This document shows, in pieces, positions 34,950 through 36,059 of a DNA stretch of 36,059 nt (positions are counted from its first letter, which is position 1; each line of letters opens with the position of its first letter). Position numbers and translations under genes: made by a program. The DNA comes from Macrostomum lignano (Eukaryota), in NCBI GenBank assembly GCA_002269645.1, contig NIVC01000407.1:1-36059 (forward strand). Direction: 5' to 3'. The notes under the pieces are model-generated. The model did no database searches and was not told the DNA's origin. It saw only the letters and a program-made list of their open reading frames with translations.

Positions 34950-36059
34950 GCCGGACATTCGCAACACCGGAACCCCGGTGCCTCTCAGTCAGCCCCTGCG
35001 CCGCTCAGGACAATGCCGGAGTGGCTGGACAACAGGACAGCAGACCTCAGACCTCTAAAAAGAAGGCCCGTAGCATTGCTCGCTACAAAGCTTTTCTTCA
35101 GCGCAAAGCGGAGGAACGGAGGAATGCGAAAGCCGCCCCTCTGGACACCTCCGAGGAGGATGCCGGTAACTCTGCGAATCCCGCGGAGGAGCCGACATCC
35201 GACAAGGGGGCGGACCTCGCGCGCCGGTCAGAAGCGTCAGGTGCCGCCGAAGCTCCTGGTGCGGCTGGCCCTCCCGTGACGGGCCCTCTGCCCGTGTGGA
35301 AGCTCCCACGGCCGCGGAGGGATCCAAAGCGGGGGGTGCTGGCCAACCACCAAGCCGAAGCGCACCTATGCGGCTATGGCCAAGATGCAGCCGCCCTGGT
35401 TATCCAAGGCCAGAAGAGCCTCTTACGGTCGAACAGCTCGACCAAATCTGGCGCAGGTTGGACTCCCATTGGTCAAGATGGCCTTGAGCGGCACCACTAT
35501 TCAAGTCCAAAAGAAGAAAGTCGAGGAACAAGCCTCCATATCCAGCCGCGCCGACAGCCAGTCTGGACAGCAGCTCCTCGAGATGCTGAAAGCCTTCGAC
35601 TGGGGTACGGAGCTGGAAAACGTGTTTATCTACAGGGAGGATGATATGTATGCCTTTAGTACGAACTATTCTAATGGGCAAGCCTGCGAGCTGAAGTTGA
35701 GCTGGATTAAAAGAGAGACAGTTCGCTAAGTTAGACGCTAACGCGCGAGAAATACACACGGCGTAAAAGCCAGAGCCTTGAGGCTGACTAAACTTCTAAG
35801 TTGCTTTACTTAGTGACTACGTGATTTGTGCAAAGACGTAACAGAGGACGAGCGACCCCGGACCACAAGGCCGGCACCGTGCCTGGATTCCGGCTCGCAG
35901 TTCCATCACCAAGGCCGACGAGCTGCGTCGCCTGCTAGTGGCTACCAAACCGGAGCTGCCGGCTAATCGCGTCGTAGTTCACGAGACCATCTCCAAGGGG
36001 CGAGACGGTTTTACGGCTATTCTTCGACTGTCGGATAGCTGGATGCTCCGCTACCCGCA
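34950..36059 (+). mobile_element. Decayed non-LTR retrotransposon ORF1-like region (gag-like; resembles DUF4780), frameshifted, runs off the window
   Basis: Segments stitched across frames: KRTYAAMAK / DAAALVIQG / PEEPLTVEQLDQIWRRLDS / LVKMALSG...LLEMLKAFDWG / HRAWIPARSSITKADELRRLLVATKPELPANRVVVHETISKGRDGFTAILRL. They resemble ORF1 proteins from memory; not verified by search. No RT domain in the window. Confidence 0.45.
35642..35843. mobile_element. 202-bp TG...CA insertion with a perfect 5-bp TSD (GAGGA); probable solo LTR
   Basis: GAGGA at 35637-35641 and 35844-35848. The element starts TGATATG and ends CGTAACA. Removing it and one TSD copy restores IYREDERP in frame. Confidence 0.7.

Noticed and set aside
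34560-35644. 304-aa ORF 34730..35644 as a host gene
   Set aside because: No splice structure or domain, and the protein-like segments hop between frames. Better explained as decayed retroelement sequence.

Overview
Eukaryotic (animal) genomic DNA: short GC-rich exons with GT-AG introns, many of them filled with minisatellites. The style resembles the flatworm Macrostomum, but that is inference only. Tandem repeats make up nearly half of the window, and almost all long ORFs in the six-frame track are repeat artefacts. Genes reconstructed by hand from splice sites and family motifs: (1) a terminal exon ending in a polybasic CaaX motif (247-510, +); (2) the C-terminal part of an ACK/TNK2-like protein with a Mig6-homology motif and UBA region (5071/5090-6037, +); (3) a complete 4-exon Not/Noto-class homeobox gene with an eh1 motif (12056-14409, +); (4) a complete 10-exon aromatic L-amino-acid decarboxylase (22253-15126, -) with an unusual NPGK PLP-site motif and a GC-AG last intron; (5) a divergent 2-exon Tob/BTG gene lacking Box A and PAM2 (24654-25401, +). 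Also present: two tRNA-headed SINEs (one CORE-type) in the decarboxylase introns, a 6.2-kb G-rich 21-bp minisatellite, and a decayed non-LTR ORF1-like region interrupted by a 202-bp TG...CA element with a perfect 5-bp TSD. No CRISPR or prokaryotic features. I found no clearly new multi-gene system; the best leads are atypical variants of known families.
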